From: a virus
Reading direction: 5' to 3' (one strand)
IMG/VR virus record: IMGVR_UViG_3300045988_056849
DNA: 64,000 nt
In this document: positions 1-7,841 of the stretch, in pieces
How positions within the stretch are numbered: position 1 is the stretch's first letter
Layout: every line of letters starts with the position of its first letter
Notes under the pieces: model-generated
Databases searched by the model: none
What the model saw: only the letters and a program-made list of their open reading frames with translations
What the model was told of the DNA's origin: nothing
Made by a program: the position numbers and the translations under genes

Positions 1-2
1 GT

Positions 3-224
3 CCTTGTTGTGGACAAATACGAGAGGAAATCAATCCAAATAAGGACATTCCTCTCAGTCAGAAAAATATCGACATTGCTAAGTATTCAAGTGCGTCTCC
101 TCAGGATAAGAGAGAGATGTTGAAGAAACGTTCTCATGACCATTACGAGAAAGAAATCAAACCTTTCAAGGAACATCAACTGCACGAGACAGTAAAGAAT
201 TTCAAAGAAGCAAGTAAAAGTTGA
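3..224 (+). CDS. 3' fragment of a hypothetical gene cut by the window edge
   Basis: Frame 3 is open from base 3 to TGA 222-224 (ends ...HETVKNFKEASKS). No motif recognised. Confidence 0.4.
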   Translation, partial: PCCGQIREEINPNKDIPLSQKNIDIAKYSSASPQDKREMLKKRSHDHYEKEIKPFKEHQLHETVKNFKEASKS

Positions 225-228
225 TGAT

Positions 229-855
229 ATGGGATTAGAGAGCATGTACTTCAAAGCCGATTATCATTACAAAGCAAAACTTGTCAATAAGTGGATTGCG
301 ATAATCAGATACTCACCAAACGAGAAGCGAGTCAAGGCGTATAAGAATTTGGTATTCAAAATGATGAAAGATATTGTCAAGAAGAACATTGCCAATTATC
401 TCAATCTGCTTAACAATACCGAAGCGAAGGACATGCCCGACAGAGATGAATTGGTTGCTGATTGTTATATCATCTTTGACAAATGTTTAGAAAAATATAT
501 AATCAAAGGCAATTACAATTTTTATTTCTATTTCAATAAGTCTCTGTCAAGAAATTTTTACCGAGATTATCAGAAAGAGTTACAGAGGAGCAATGGACAT
601 GTAGAAATTTCAGAAGCGTTGGAGGCAGTGAATAAAGGTTTTCACGATTATCGGGAGCCTGATACAACGGAGCTTTTAATGGAGCGTCTTGGTTTGGATG
701 AATTAGAAAAGCGGATATGTCGTTCAAGAATGTTGGGTCAAAAAACTTCCGAGTTCTTGAAGGAAAATCCAGAAGTAACGAATGGACAATATTCACGTTG
801 TCTGAAAAAAATAAAAGAAGTATTAACAACATCTCAAGAGAAAGGAGAAATTTAA
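229..855 (+). CDS. putative phage-encoded sigma-70 family (ECF-like) sigma factor
   Basis: 208 aa. Region-2-like DELVADCYIIFDKCLEKY...FYFNKSLSRNFYRDY and C-terminal region-4-like HTH LGLDELEKRICRSRMLGQKTSEFL...YSRCLKKIKEVL. Motif-level recognition only. Confidence 0.45.
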   Translation: MGLESMYFKADYHYKAKLVNKWIAIIRYSPNEKRVKAYKNLVFKMMKDIVKKNIANYLNLLNNTEAKDMPDRDELVADCYIIFDKCLEKYIIKGNYNFYFYFNKSLSRNFYRDYQKELQRSNGHVEISEALEAVNKGFHDYREPDTTELLMERLGLDELEKRICRSRMLGQKTSEFLKENPEVTNGQYSRCLKKIKEVLTTSQEKGEI

Positions 856-856
856 T

Positions 857-1198
857 ATGGAAGTCAACATTTATCAAAAGGCTATCGAACAGCTGGTAAT
901 GGAGGGTTATACAATCCTCCAAGTGGCTACTCCGAACAAGGATGAGTTCTTGTTCTTCAATGTTTACAAGTGGCAAGAAGGCTACTTCAACACCGCTCAG
1001 TCTATTGATTTTAATATGGTAGAAGGTGTAAACATTACAGAGTTCTTAACCAAGAACGCAGCGATGTGCGCTAACAGAACAAACTTCATGTCCTTGTTTC
1101 AAAGGGTAATGGAAGAGGGCGTTTTGGTACGTTGCGAGTTCACGAAGAGCGCAACTTGGTTCAAGTGGGCAGCTCCGAATGGTACAAAGAAACTGTAA
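857..1198 (+). CDS. hypothetical protein (113 aa)
   Basis: ATG 2 nt after the previous stop, co-directional tight packing. No motif recognised. Confidence 0.55.
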   Translation: MEVNIYQKAIEQLVMEGYTILQVATPNKDEFLFFNVYKWQEGYFNTAQSIDFNMVEGVNITEFLTKNAAMCANRTNFMSLFQRVMEEGVLVRCEFTKSATWFKWAAPNGTKKL

Positions 1199-1203
1199 AG
1201 AGA

Positions 1204-2691
1204 ATGAAACCGAGTAGATATCAAACAACGATTTATAAAGTATTTCAAAAGACGAAGAAAGATATCAACATTTCAGCGGTTGCGGGTTCAGGGAAAACTA
1301 CGGTGTTATTGGAGTTATTGAATTTTATTCCGAACGATGCCAGTTCCCTGTTCCTTGCTTTTAATAACTCAATCATTGATGAGTTAAAGGAGCGAAACAA
1401 ACGAAGAGATGTTGAAATCATGACTATTCATTCTTGCGGTTGGCGTTCGATATTGAGCCGATACGGAGGAAGAGTGAAGATGAATCCAAACAAGGGCATT
1501 GCTAAAACGGAGCGAGCGTTGAAGGGTTTTGAAGACATTCCCGAACAGAAGCGAGGTTGGTACTATTTTATCATACCAAAGATACTTGACCTCATGCGTT
1601 GTAATCTTTGCGATAATACCGAAGAAGCAATCAACGAGCTATCCGAACACTATGATTTGAATATCGGAGAAACGGAGGTAAAAGTTGCTATGAAAGCATT
1701 TGAGCTTCTGATTAAGGATAAGGGGCAATTTGATTTCATGGATATGATATATGTTCCTGTGACTGACCCTTCGATACGTTTCAGAAAGTATGACTATGTG
1801 TTTTGTGATGAAAGCCAAGACTTCTCAATATGCCAACACCAGTTCATAAAGAATTGCTTGAACCGAAAAGGAAGATTGGTGACTGTAGGAGACAAAAGGC
1901 AGGCAATATACGGCTTCGCAGGAGCCGACGCAGAAAGTTACGAACGACTGGCGAACATTAACGGGCAAGCAATTAAACTGCCTCTGAGTGTGTCTTATCG
2001 GTGTGCCGTTAATATCGTTAAGGAAGCTCAGAGGATAGTGCCTGAAATATCATACGCTCCGAATGCCGAAGAAGGAACGGTCAAGGATGGAAGTCTGACC
2101 GAGATAGAGCAAGGTGATTGGATACTTTGTCGAAACTTGAAGCCGTTGGTTCAAACTTATCTTTGGTTAATGAAGAACAAAATCAAATCAAAGATACGAG
2201 GAAAGGAGATTGGCGAGGGTATTCTTGGACTGATAAGCAAAACAGGAGCTAAAACAATCAACGGCTTGTTCTCTATGCTTGAGGTTGAAAAGAATAATCT
2301 ATTGAGAAAGCTGGAGAAACGAGGAGTGCGGAAACCGAGCCTACACCCAAAGATGGAAGTGCTTCAACAAAAGATAGAAGTTATTGAATGTCTTTGCGAG
2401 GAGGTTGAAAGTGTAGCCGAATTGAAGAAGCTAATTAACAACATTTTTAGCGATGATATTAAAGGCATAATGTTATCTACTATTCATAAGGCGAAAGGCT
2501 TGGAGAATGACCGCATTTTCTTCTTATGCCCAGAGTTGATACCGAGTAAATATGCTACTCAACCTTGGCAGTACGAACAAGAACAAAATTTGAAATATGT
2601 AGCGATAACAAGAGCAAAGAAAGAACTAATATATGTTTGGGGGAATACTTTCAAACAAGACATCAAAGACAGAGTTATTATTCAAAAATAG
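1204..2691 (+). CDS. UvrD/PcrA-like superfamily 1 DNA helicase (paralog 1)
   Basis: Walker A AVAGSGKTT, motif II VFCDESQDFS, motif III VGDKRQAIYGFAGAD, LSVSYRC, motif V STIHKAKGLE, motif VI YVAITRAKKEL. Start moved to ATG 1204, just after the upstream stop at 1198. Confidence 0.85.
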   Translation: MKPSRYQTTIYKVFQKTKKDINISAVAGSGKTTVLLELLNFIPNDASSLFLAFNNSIIDELKERNKRRDVEIMTIHSCGWRSILSRYGGRVKMNPNKGIAKTERALKGFEDIPEQKRGWYYFIIPKILDLMRCNLCDNTEEAINELSEHYDLNIGETEVKVAMKAFELLIKDKGQFDFMDMIYVPVTDPSIRFRKYDYVFCDESQDFSICQHQFIKNCLNRKGRLVTVGDKRQAIYGFAGADAESYERLANINGQAIKLPLSVSYRCAVNIVKEAQRIVPEISYAPNAEEGTVKDGSLTEIEQGDWILCRNLKPLVQTYLWLMKNKIKSKIRGKEIGEGILGLISKTGAKTINGLFSMLEVEKNNLLRKLEKRGVRKPSLHPKMEVLQQKIEVIECLCEEVESVAELKKLINNIFSDDIKGIMLSTIHKAKGLENDRIFFLCPELIPSKYATQPWQYEQEQNLKYVAITRAKKELIYVWGNTFKQDIKDRVIIQK

Positions 2692-2698
2692 AAACATT

Positions 2699-2845
2699 AT
2701 GGAAGATATTGGAAAGAAGGCTCACGATGATGAGTTTAACAAAGGCAAAGAGGATATTGGTAAAGCTCCGAGAAAGTTCATACCAGTTCCCAAAGTAGAT
2801 AAGAAAGGCGACAAGGGCAAGAAACCTGATAAATGTAAGAAGTGA
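2699..2845 (+). CDS. small lysine-rich hypothetical protein (48 aa)
   Basis: First ATG after the helicase stop (2691). Product is MEDIGKKAHDDEF...KKGDKGKKPDKCKK. Short, so uncertain. Confidence 0.35.
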   Translation: MEDIGKKAHDDEFNKGKEDIGKAPRKFIPVPKVDKKGDKGKKPDKCKK

Positions 2846-3282
2846 TGGACAAACCAGCGAAACCCAAAGACACGTTCTATCTTTTCAGAAGAGAAAGAAC
2901 AAGCGGAGAAGGATATGAATATATTCAACACCTTATTTCTCCGAGTCATGATGACGGCTTATCAACGTCTTGTTATCCAGAGTACGCTTGGAGAGGTCAA
3001 ACGCTTCTTGATATCAAGAAAATGAAATACTTGATAAGCATTCACCGATACTACAAAGATAGCGATTGGGAGCTGGTTAAGTATGAAATGGAGGTTGATA
3101 CTCCTTCTTGGTCACATCAGCCTGAAAGAAAGGAGTATGAATGTTTGAATATCGGTAAATGGTGTAAGTTATCCGATAAAGAGAAACAAGAACTTGAAGA
3201 TTACAAACAATTTGCATTACAAAGATATGATAGCAAAAAGATAAACACTATTATTACAAGGGCAATGAATATGTCGTTGTAG
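2842..3282 (+). CDS. hypothetical protein (146 aa)
   Basis: ATGA-type overlap with the upstream ORF. No motif recognised. Confidence 0.55.
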   Translation: MMDKPAKPKDTFYLFRRERTSGEGYEYIQHLISPSHDDGLSTSCYPEYAWRGQTLLDIKKMKYLISIHRYYKDSDWELVKYEMEVDTPSWSHQPERKEYECLNIGKWCKLSDKEKQELEDYKQFALQRYDSKKINTIITRAMNMSL

Positions 3283-3293
3283 GTTTCACGAAG

Positions 3294-3614
3294 ATGAAAT
3301 CAACTCTGGACGGAACATGGGTTGAAGCCGTTCAATACAAGAGAGCAACCGAAGTAGATGACCCGAACGTAGAGCCGTTTACAAGGGAGAAAAGCGACTT
3401 TGAGTACAAGTTCATTCCAGCCGTTCTTGAAATAGATATGGAGATTGTTGCCGTATCTATGGGAAAGCTGGTTGCTGAATATAAAGTTACTGAAGTAGGA
3501 GAAGACAATGCAACAGCAATAAGTCCTTCTGACGTTGAATTGGTAGTATCTAAGAATGTAAGTCCCAATGGCGAAGTTACCAAAGTATCGGGTGGAGTAG
3601 GATTATACTGCTGA
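3294..3614 (+). CDS. hypothetical protein (106 aa)
   Basis: ORF in the operon frame pattern. No motif recognised. Confidence 0.5.
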   Translation: MKSTLDGTWVEAVQYKRATEVDDPNVEPFTREKSDFEYKFIPAVLEIDMEIVAVSMGKLVAEYKVTEVGEDNATAISPSDVELVVSKNVSPNGEVTKVSGGVGLYC

Positions 3615-3624
3615 ATACTATGTA

Positions 3625-3810
3625 ATGATGCCCGATATGAAGAAGCGAGTGAGCAACCGAACGATTATCACCGCTATGTCTTCAGCCTTGTCAGATGCCG
3701 CTGTAAGAGTTCAGCAAATCAGTGCAAGCTCCGAGACTTATGACCTTCAATCGGCTCAAGCATCCATTGACCAGACTTTGCAAATGATATATACTAAGTT
3801 TGGAGTTTGA
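3625..3810 (+). CDS. hypothetical protein (61 aa)
   Basis: Short ORF followed by a terminator hairpin at 3845-3879. Confidence 0.4.
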   Translation: MMPDMKKRVSNRTIITAMSSALSDAAVRVQQISASSETYDLQSAQASIDQTLQMIYTKFGV

Positions 3811-3844
3811 TAATGTTTCCATATTCTTGACGTTTTGTTGTGAG

Positions 3845-3879
3845 AGGAGGGTGTCGCAAGGCATTCTCCTTTTATTTTT
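3845..3879 (+). terminator. rho-independent terminator
   Basis: AGGAGGGTG (3845-3853) pairs with CATTCTCCT (3862-3870): 9 bp including 2 G:U, 8-nt loop, then TTTATTTTT. Confidence 0.65.
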
Positions 3880-3917
3880 ACAAAGTTATTAAATACAAAC
3901 CATTAAATTGTAAAGTT

Positions 3918-4346
3918 ATGTCACGGAAATTTACACCCGAAAGGATTGACGAATTGAAACCAGACGAGATATTTGTCTTTGGTTCCAATATGAATGGGGC
4001 TCATATGGGAGGAGCTGCCCGCATAGCCTACGAGAATTTTGAAGCAACTTGGGGCGAAAGCGAAGGATTGACTGGACGTTCTTATGCTATTCCGACTTTG
4101 GATGAGAACATAGAGAAAGTATCGGAGAGTGCATTGGAAGCGAGTATTGACAAGTTCATAGATTTTGTATTGAATAATCAACAATTGACGTTCTATCTGA
4201 CAAAGATAGGTTGCGGAATTGCTGGTTGGGATATAGAGGACGTGAAAAGGATATTTTGGAAGGTTATCGAAGATTACAAGCCTGACCCAGAGTGTTCTGT
4301 TCCTGCTAATTTAATAATCCCAAAAGAGTTCTATGATGGAAAATAA
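3918..4346 (+). CDS. SLOG/LOG-DprA-like Rossmann-fold protein (phage non-structural family)
   Basis: IFVFGSNMNGAHMGGAARIA...GLTGRSYAIPTL...LTKIGCGIAGW pattern. Start moved to ATG 3918, because the GTG 3840 extension runs through the terminator hairpin. Confidence 0.5.
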   Translation: MSRKFTPERIDELKPDEIFVFGSNMNGAHMGGAARIAYENFEATWGESEGLTGRSYAIPTLDENIEKVSESALEASIDKFIDFVLNNQQLTFYLTKIGCGIAGWDIEDVKRIFWKVIEDYKPDPECSVPANLIIPKEFYDGK

Positions 4347-5247
4347 AGTTCCGAGAAAGCTCAAGAAAGAGTTGCGCAAGGTTGATTGTTTAGAGACTTC
4401 TCAGCCTTTTATCAAAATGGAACCAAATCCATTTAGTCCTTCCAAAATGATGTTTACTCAAAATTCGAGAGTAAAACTCAAAGAAGGTGTCAAGATAAAT
4501 AAATGGACAAAACGTCTTGTTCGCAATATACTCCGAGAAGTAAGGAGAAATCATAAACGCAACACGGAGCTTGCTATGAAGCGTCAAATGGAATGGATAC
4601 ATAAAGGTATCAATCCAATAAATAGTTATGAAGAAATGTTGCGTTCAAAGTCTCAAGAAGAGTTCCGAAGAGAGTATATGAATGAACCTATATTACCAAG
4701 AGACTTGGATGGGTTAAGACCTTCTTGCGTAATAATAGACGATATGGGAGAACAATGGCAACCTGCTAATCGTAGAGAGGTTGAGGAGTTTATGCGTAGA
4801 TGTAACATTTGGCCTCACGTTCAGGAGCCTGACGGAAACGGAGTTGCTATTTTGAAACTTCCTTCCTTATCGAAGGAGAAACTTGAGGAGTTCAAAACCG
4901 AATGGGAGAAATGGTCAAGGAGTGCTCAACCGATAACAGTAATTGACCCTGAAGCAAGCATAGAGTTCATTCCAGCGAAAAGACCTCACCGACTTCATAA
5001 TCATCCAAGAATGGAAGTTGAACTTGGTTTGAACGAAAGAGAAGTAATTGTTGACCAAGAGTTCGTACACTTGTTCAGAAACGCTTACCCAGTACGAGGT
5101 AGGAGAAGAGAAGTTGGCGTTGACCATTTCATAGTTAGCAAGAAAGAATTTTTGGAACGGATGGAAGAGTCAGGGGGGGCAACAGATGAACCTGACGACC
5201 TTCTCAGACCGAGCTACGAAAGAAAACGCATTAAAAGACGTTTATAA
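4333..5247 (+). CDS. hypothetical protein (304 aa)
   Basis: Long ORF overlapping the upstream stop by 14 nt. Basic N-terminus. No motif recognised. Confidence 0.65.
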   Translation: MMENKVPRKLKKELRKVDCLETSQPFIKMEPNPFSPSKMMFTQNSRVKLKEGVKINKWTKRLVRNILREVRRNHKRNTELAMKRQMEWIHKGINPINSYEEMLRSKSQEEFRREYMNEPILPRDLDGLRPSCVIIDDMGEQWQPANRREVEEFMRRCNIWPHVQEPDGNGVAILKLPSLSKEKLEEFKTEWEKWSRSAQPITVIDPEASIEFIPAKRPHRLHNHPRMEVELGLNEREVIVDQEFVHLFRNAYPVRGRRREVGVDHFIVSKKEFLERMEESGGATDEPDDLLRPSYERKRIKRRL

Positions 5248-5455
5248 CGTGCTTGTAAACTCATATAGGAGCGTTGCGGGCGGTTTTCTTTATCAACCGT
5301 TAGACTTATTATCAAAACCGAATACAACGTGGCATACGTGCCTACAAAATGGGAAACTGAAATGTGTAATGATTCACAAAGAAACCCACGTTGGTAAGAA
5401 GGTTATAATGTGCGGTTGCGACGGTACGAGGGAGGGGAAAGAAAGCGTTGCTTGA
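5186..5455 (+). CDS. N-terminal part of a possible split GNAT-like acetyltransferase (start uncertain; GTG 5249 possible)
   Basis: Overlaps the upstream gene by 62 nt if ATG 5186 is used. Ends ...KKVIMCGCDGTREGKESVA. See the finding on a frameshift with 5448..5696. Confidence 0.35.
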   Translation: MNLTTFSDRATKENALKDVYNVLVNSYRSVAGGFLYQPLDLLSKPNTTWHTCLQNGKLKCVMIHKETHVGKKVIMCGCDGTREGKESVA

Positions 5456-5696
5456 AATTCTCTTGAACTGTTTAACAGATATAAAAGAGCATTACTGGTG
5501 TGAAGCGAGCGATGCAATTGAGCATTGGTTAGTTAAGCACGGCATGGAAGCTCACCCGAACGAATGGTGTGCGGAATTGTTAGAGAAGGAAGGAGAAAGG
5601 ATTGAGTATTGCGATGATGGAATACATTACATTCGTCATATAAACGGAGTACCAAAGGTAAAAGCCATTTATGGCAATTTAACAAATAATAATTAA
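5448..5696 (+). CDS. C-terminal part of a possible split GNAT-like acetyltransferase
   Basis: Only a TTG start is available. The same frame is open back to 5409 and there reads AVATVRGRGKKALLEILL (RGxG...LL, GNAT motif A-like). Confidence 0.4.
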   Translation: MLEILLNCLTDIKEHYWCEASDAIEHWLVKHGMEAHPNEWCAELLEKEGERIEYCDDGIHYIRHINGVPKVKAIYGNLTNNN

Positions 5697-5702
5697 CAAT
5701 TC

Positions 5703-5924
5703 ATGGTAAAATTAAAAGCAAAAAGAGCCGTAACGGTTACGATGACCGTAAACGGAGAAGCGTCAACCGCTGAGAGTTTGAAACTCAAGAAAGGTGAAAC
5801 AATCGAAGGAGACTTCCAGTCAGAAAACCTTGCAAACGGCAATCCTACTTTGGTAGTGAACCGTGACGGAGGTTCAAGAATCATTGAGTACTTGGAAGCC
5901 GACTTTGAAGAAGTAGCCGAGTAA
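5703..5924 (+). CDS. hypothetical protein (73 aa)
   Basis: ORF followed by a clean terminator. Confidence 0.5.
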   Translation: MVKLKAKRAVTVTMTVNGEASTAESLKLKKGETIEGDFQSENLANGNPTLVVNRDGGSRIIEYLEADFEEVAE

Positions 5925-5947
5925 AAACAAAGTACATCTTGTAGAAT

Positions 5948-5979
5948 AAGGAGCGATGGAAGTTGCTCCTTTTCTTTTA
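5948..5979 (+). terminator. rho-independent terminator
   Basis: AAGGAGC (5948-5954) pairs with GCTCCTT (5965-5971), 10-nt loop, then TTCTTTT. Confidence 0.7.
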
Positions 5980-5994
5980 TAAACAAAGAAGGAT

Positions 5995-6276
5995 ATGAAG
6001 CGACTTGATAAAGAAAGTATATTGAATGGTGAACCGCTGTTTCCGTTATCCGAGCCGATTGTTGAAAGAAGCAAACCAAAAGTAAAGATTAAGCAAGTAC
6101 CAACTACTTGTCATACAGGCAAGCTATCTTATCCAACGGCAGAAGATGCGGAAAGAGCCACAAAGTTATTAAAGAAGAAACATAAAGGAGGAACGAAATG
6201 GTACAAGTGCGAATATTGCTGGCAATACCATTTGACTTCGATTAAGAAACAACGTAAAGGAAAGATGAGGTTTTGA
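5995..6276 (+). CDS. small zinc-ribbon-like protein
   Basis: TTCHTGKLSYPTAEDAERA...WYKCEYCWQYHLTS (C/H...CxxCxxxH arrangement). Confidence 0.5.
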   Translation: MKRLDKESILNGEPLFPLSEPIVERSKPKVKIKQVPTTCHTGKLSYPTAEDAERATKLLKKKHKGGTKWYKCEYCWQYHLTSIKKQRKGKMRF

Positions 6277-6277
6277 T

Positions 6278-6544
6278 ATGCAACAAATGGTAATACCGTC
6301 AGGACAATTTGTAACAATGCCGAAGCGAGGGTTGGAAAGAGTAAAAGAATTGGTAAGCAATATGAATGATTTTGAATTCAAGCAAAATACTTCTGCTAAT
6401 TATCTTGCTTACCAAGAGCTAAGACGTCAATTGTCGGCTGAATTTAACTACCTTCTTTTGTCAGACGAAGAAGAATGGAAAGAGGCAAACCGATATATTG
6501 AGGATAATCTGAAAATGTTAGGTGCGGAGGGTAAAATATATTGA
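6278..6544 (+). CDS. hypothetical protein (88 aa)
   Basis: Starts 2 nt after the previous stop. Confidence 0.5.
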   Translation: MQQMVIPSGQFVTMPKRGLERVKELVSNMNDFEFKQNTSANYLAYQELRRQLSAEFNYLLLSDEEEWKEANRYIEDNLKMLGAEGKIY

Positions 6545-6545
6545 T

Positions 6546-6842
6546 ATGGACAATAGCAAAGAATATCTGCTTTGTGCAGCAATTCGTAGAGTAGAGCCGA
6601 GAGATTGCCCGAAAGTATATTGGGAACAATTCCACGACATCTACAAAATAGAATTGGGTTGGAGACATCCAGATATAATGCACCGATTTGGGAAGGAAGT
6701 ATCACGCAACCTGAATGACCAAGGCTTCTACACTTCCAAAGGACGTTTCGTGACAAGAGAGGAAGGATTGGAGATAGCAAGAGCCGCAGGTCAGGTTGAT
6801 AAGATAATTGGAGGAGTATTAACAAGTGAAGATTTATATTGA
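6546..6842 (+). CDS. hypothetical conserved phage protein (98 aa)
   Basis: ATG 6546 follows stop 6544. GFYTSKGRFVTREEGLEIARAAGQV motif, which I have seen in other phage proteins of unknown function. Confidence 0.55.
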   Translation: MDNSKEYLLCAAIRRVEPRDCPKVYWEQFHDIYKIELGWRHPDIMHRFGKEVSRNLNDQGFYTSKGRFVTREEGLEIARAAGQVDKIIGGVLTSEDLY

Positions 6843-7318
6843 TGCCTAAGATAATAATTTGTAGAGGTCTGCCAGGGTCAGGTAAAACTACTTGGGCGAA
6901 AGATTATGTTCAACGCAATATCTTCAATCCTGCGGTAAGAGTAAACCGAGACGACATAAGGAAGATGCTTGCTATAACATATAATACTTTGACCGAAGAG
7001 TTTGTGAAGGGAATGGAGCGAGATATGATAACAAACGCTCTAAACTTTGGATTTGACGTTGTAGTTGATGATACTAACATATATACTTCGGCAGCAGAGC
7101 TTATAGTAGCAGCCATAGAACAATCCGATTGGGAAACGGTAAAAGTTGAGGTCAAAAGTTTCTTTGATACTCCAATTGAAACTTGCGAAGATAGACAAAT
7201 GGAACGAAGTCCTCAAGAACGAGTACCAGACTATCGAATCAGGCAACTCATGGATTATTATGAGAAGTACGGAAAGAGATTTGAAAACTATATAAAAAGA
7301 AGTGAGTGTGTAATATGA
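6839..7318 (+). CDS. stand-alone polynucleotide-kinase-like P-loop kinase (T4 Pnk kinase-domain type)
   Basis: IIICRGLPGSGKTTWA (P-loop), RVNRDDIR, VVVDDTNI in the order and spacing of the T4 Pnk kinase half. No phosphatase domain. Confidence 0.7.
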   Translation: MMPKIIICRGLPGSGKTTWAKDYVQRNIFNPAVRVNRDDIRKMLAITYNTLTEEFVKGMERDMITNALNFGFDVVVDDTNIYTSAAELIVAAIEQSDWETVKVEVKSFFDTPIETCEDRQMERSPQERVPDYRIRQLMDYYEKYGKRFENYIKRSECVI

Positions 7319-7521
7319 AAGCAACCGATAAACAAAAACAGATTTGCGACCTTGTTATTCAGCAAGCGAGCTTTTGGAAGAGTTCTAATGATATAGATAG
7401 TCCAACCCATTATTGCGATAATTCCGAGAGCGTGAGAAGTCTTGAGCTATCAGAAGAAGATGAAGAGGACTTGACAAACTTTCTTGATAACTTGTTAAAT
7501 TTTGTAAAGGAAAAGAAATGA
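7315..7521 (+). CDS. hypothetical acidic protein (68 aa)
   Basis: ATGA overlap with the kinase stop. Confidence 0.45.
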   Translation: MKATDKQKQICDLVIQQASFWKSSNDIDSPTHYCDNSESVRSLELSEEDEEDLTNFLDNLLNFVKEKK

Positions 7522-7796
7522 CACTGAAGGAGCTTGAAGATAATTTATTGCTAAGAGACGAGAATGTAGAATTGAAAGAAGATACGTTTTTGTCTTTTCG
7601 CATATTTATATATTCGCTAATGGGTAAGAGAAAGATATTGACATTTATGGATAAACAAAAAGAGTTCCGAGTGACCAAAATATCCGACTACCCAGACCAA
7701 GGCAAACAATACCCTATTTGTGTATTAAGAGTAGAAAGATTGCGCTTGAAGAAAAAAGTAGTGAAAGCGAAGAGAAGCGCAGCCGATAAGACTTGA
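7518..7796 (+). CDS. hypothetical protein (92 aa)
   Basis: ATGA overlap with the upstream ORF. Confidence 0.5.
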   Translation: MTLKELEDNLLLRDENVELKEDTFLSFRIFIYSLMGKRKILTFMDKQKEFRVTKISDYPDQGKQYPICVLRVERLRLKKKVVKAKRSAADKT

Positions 7797-7841
7797 TACG
7801 CAAATATAAGTATAGGTAATGAATTGTAATCGCAAATAGAA

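Noticed and set aside
3840-3917. Upstream extensions of ORFs from alternative start codons (GTG 3840; also TTG 48848, 51939, 28628, 12751, GTG 7306, ATG 30978, ATG 1132)
   Set aside because: The extensions run through terminator hairpins or overlap the preceding gene. In each case an ATG placed 0-5 nt after the upstream stop, or after the hairpin, gives a more parsimonious start.
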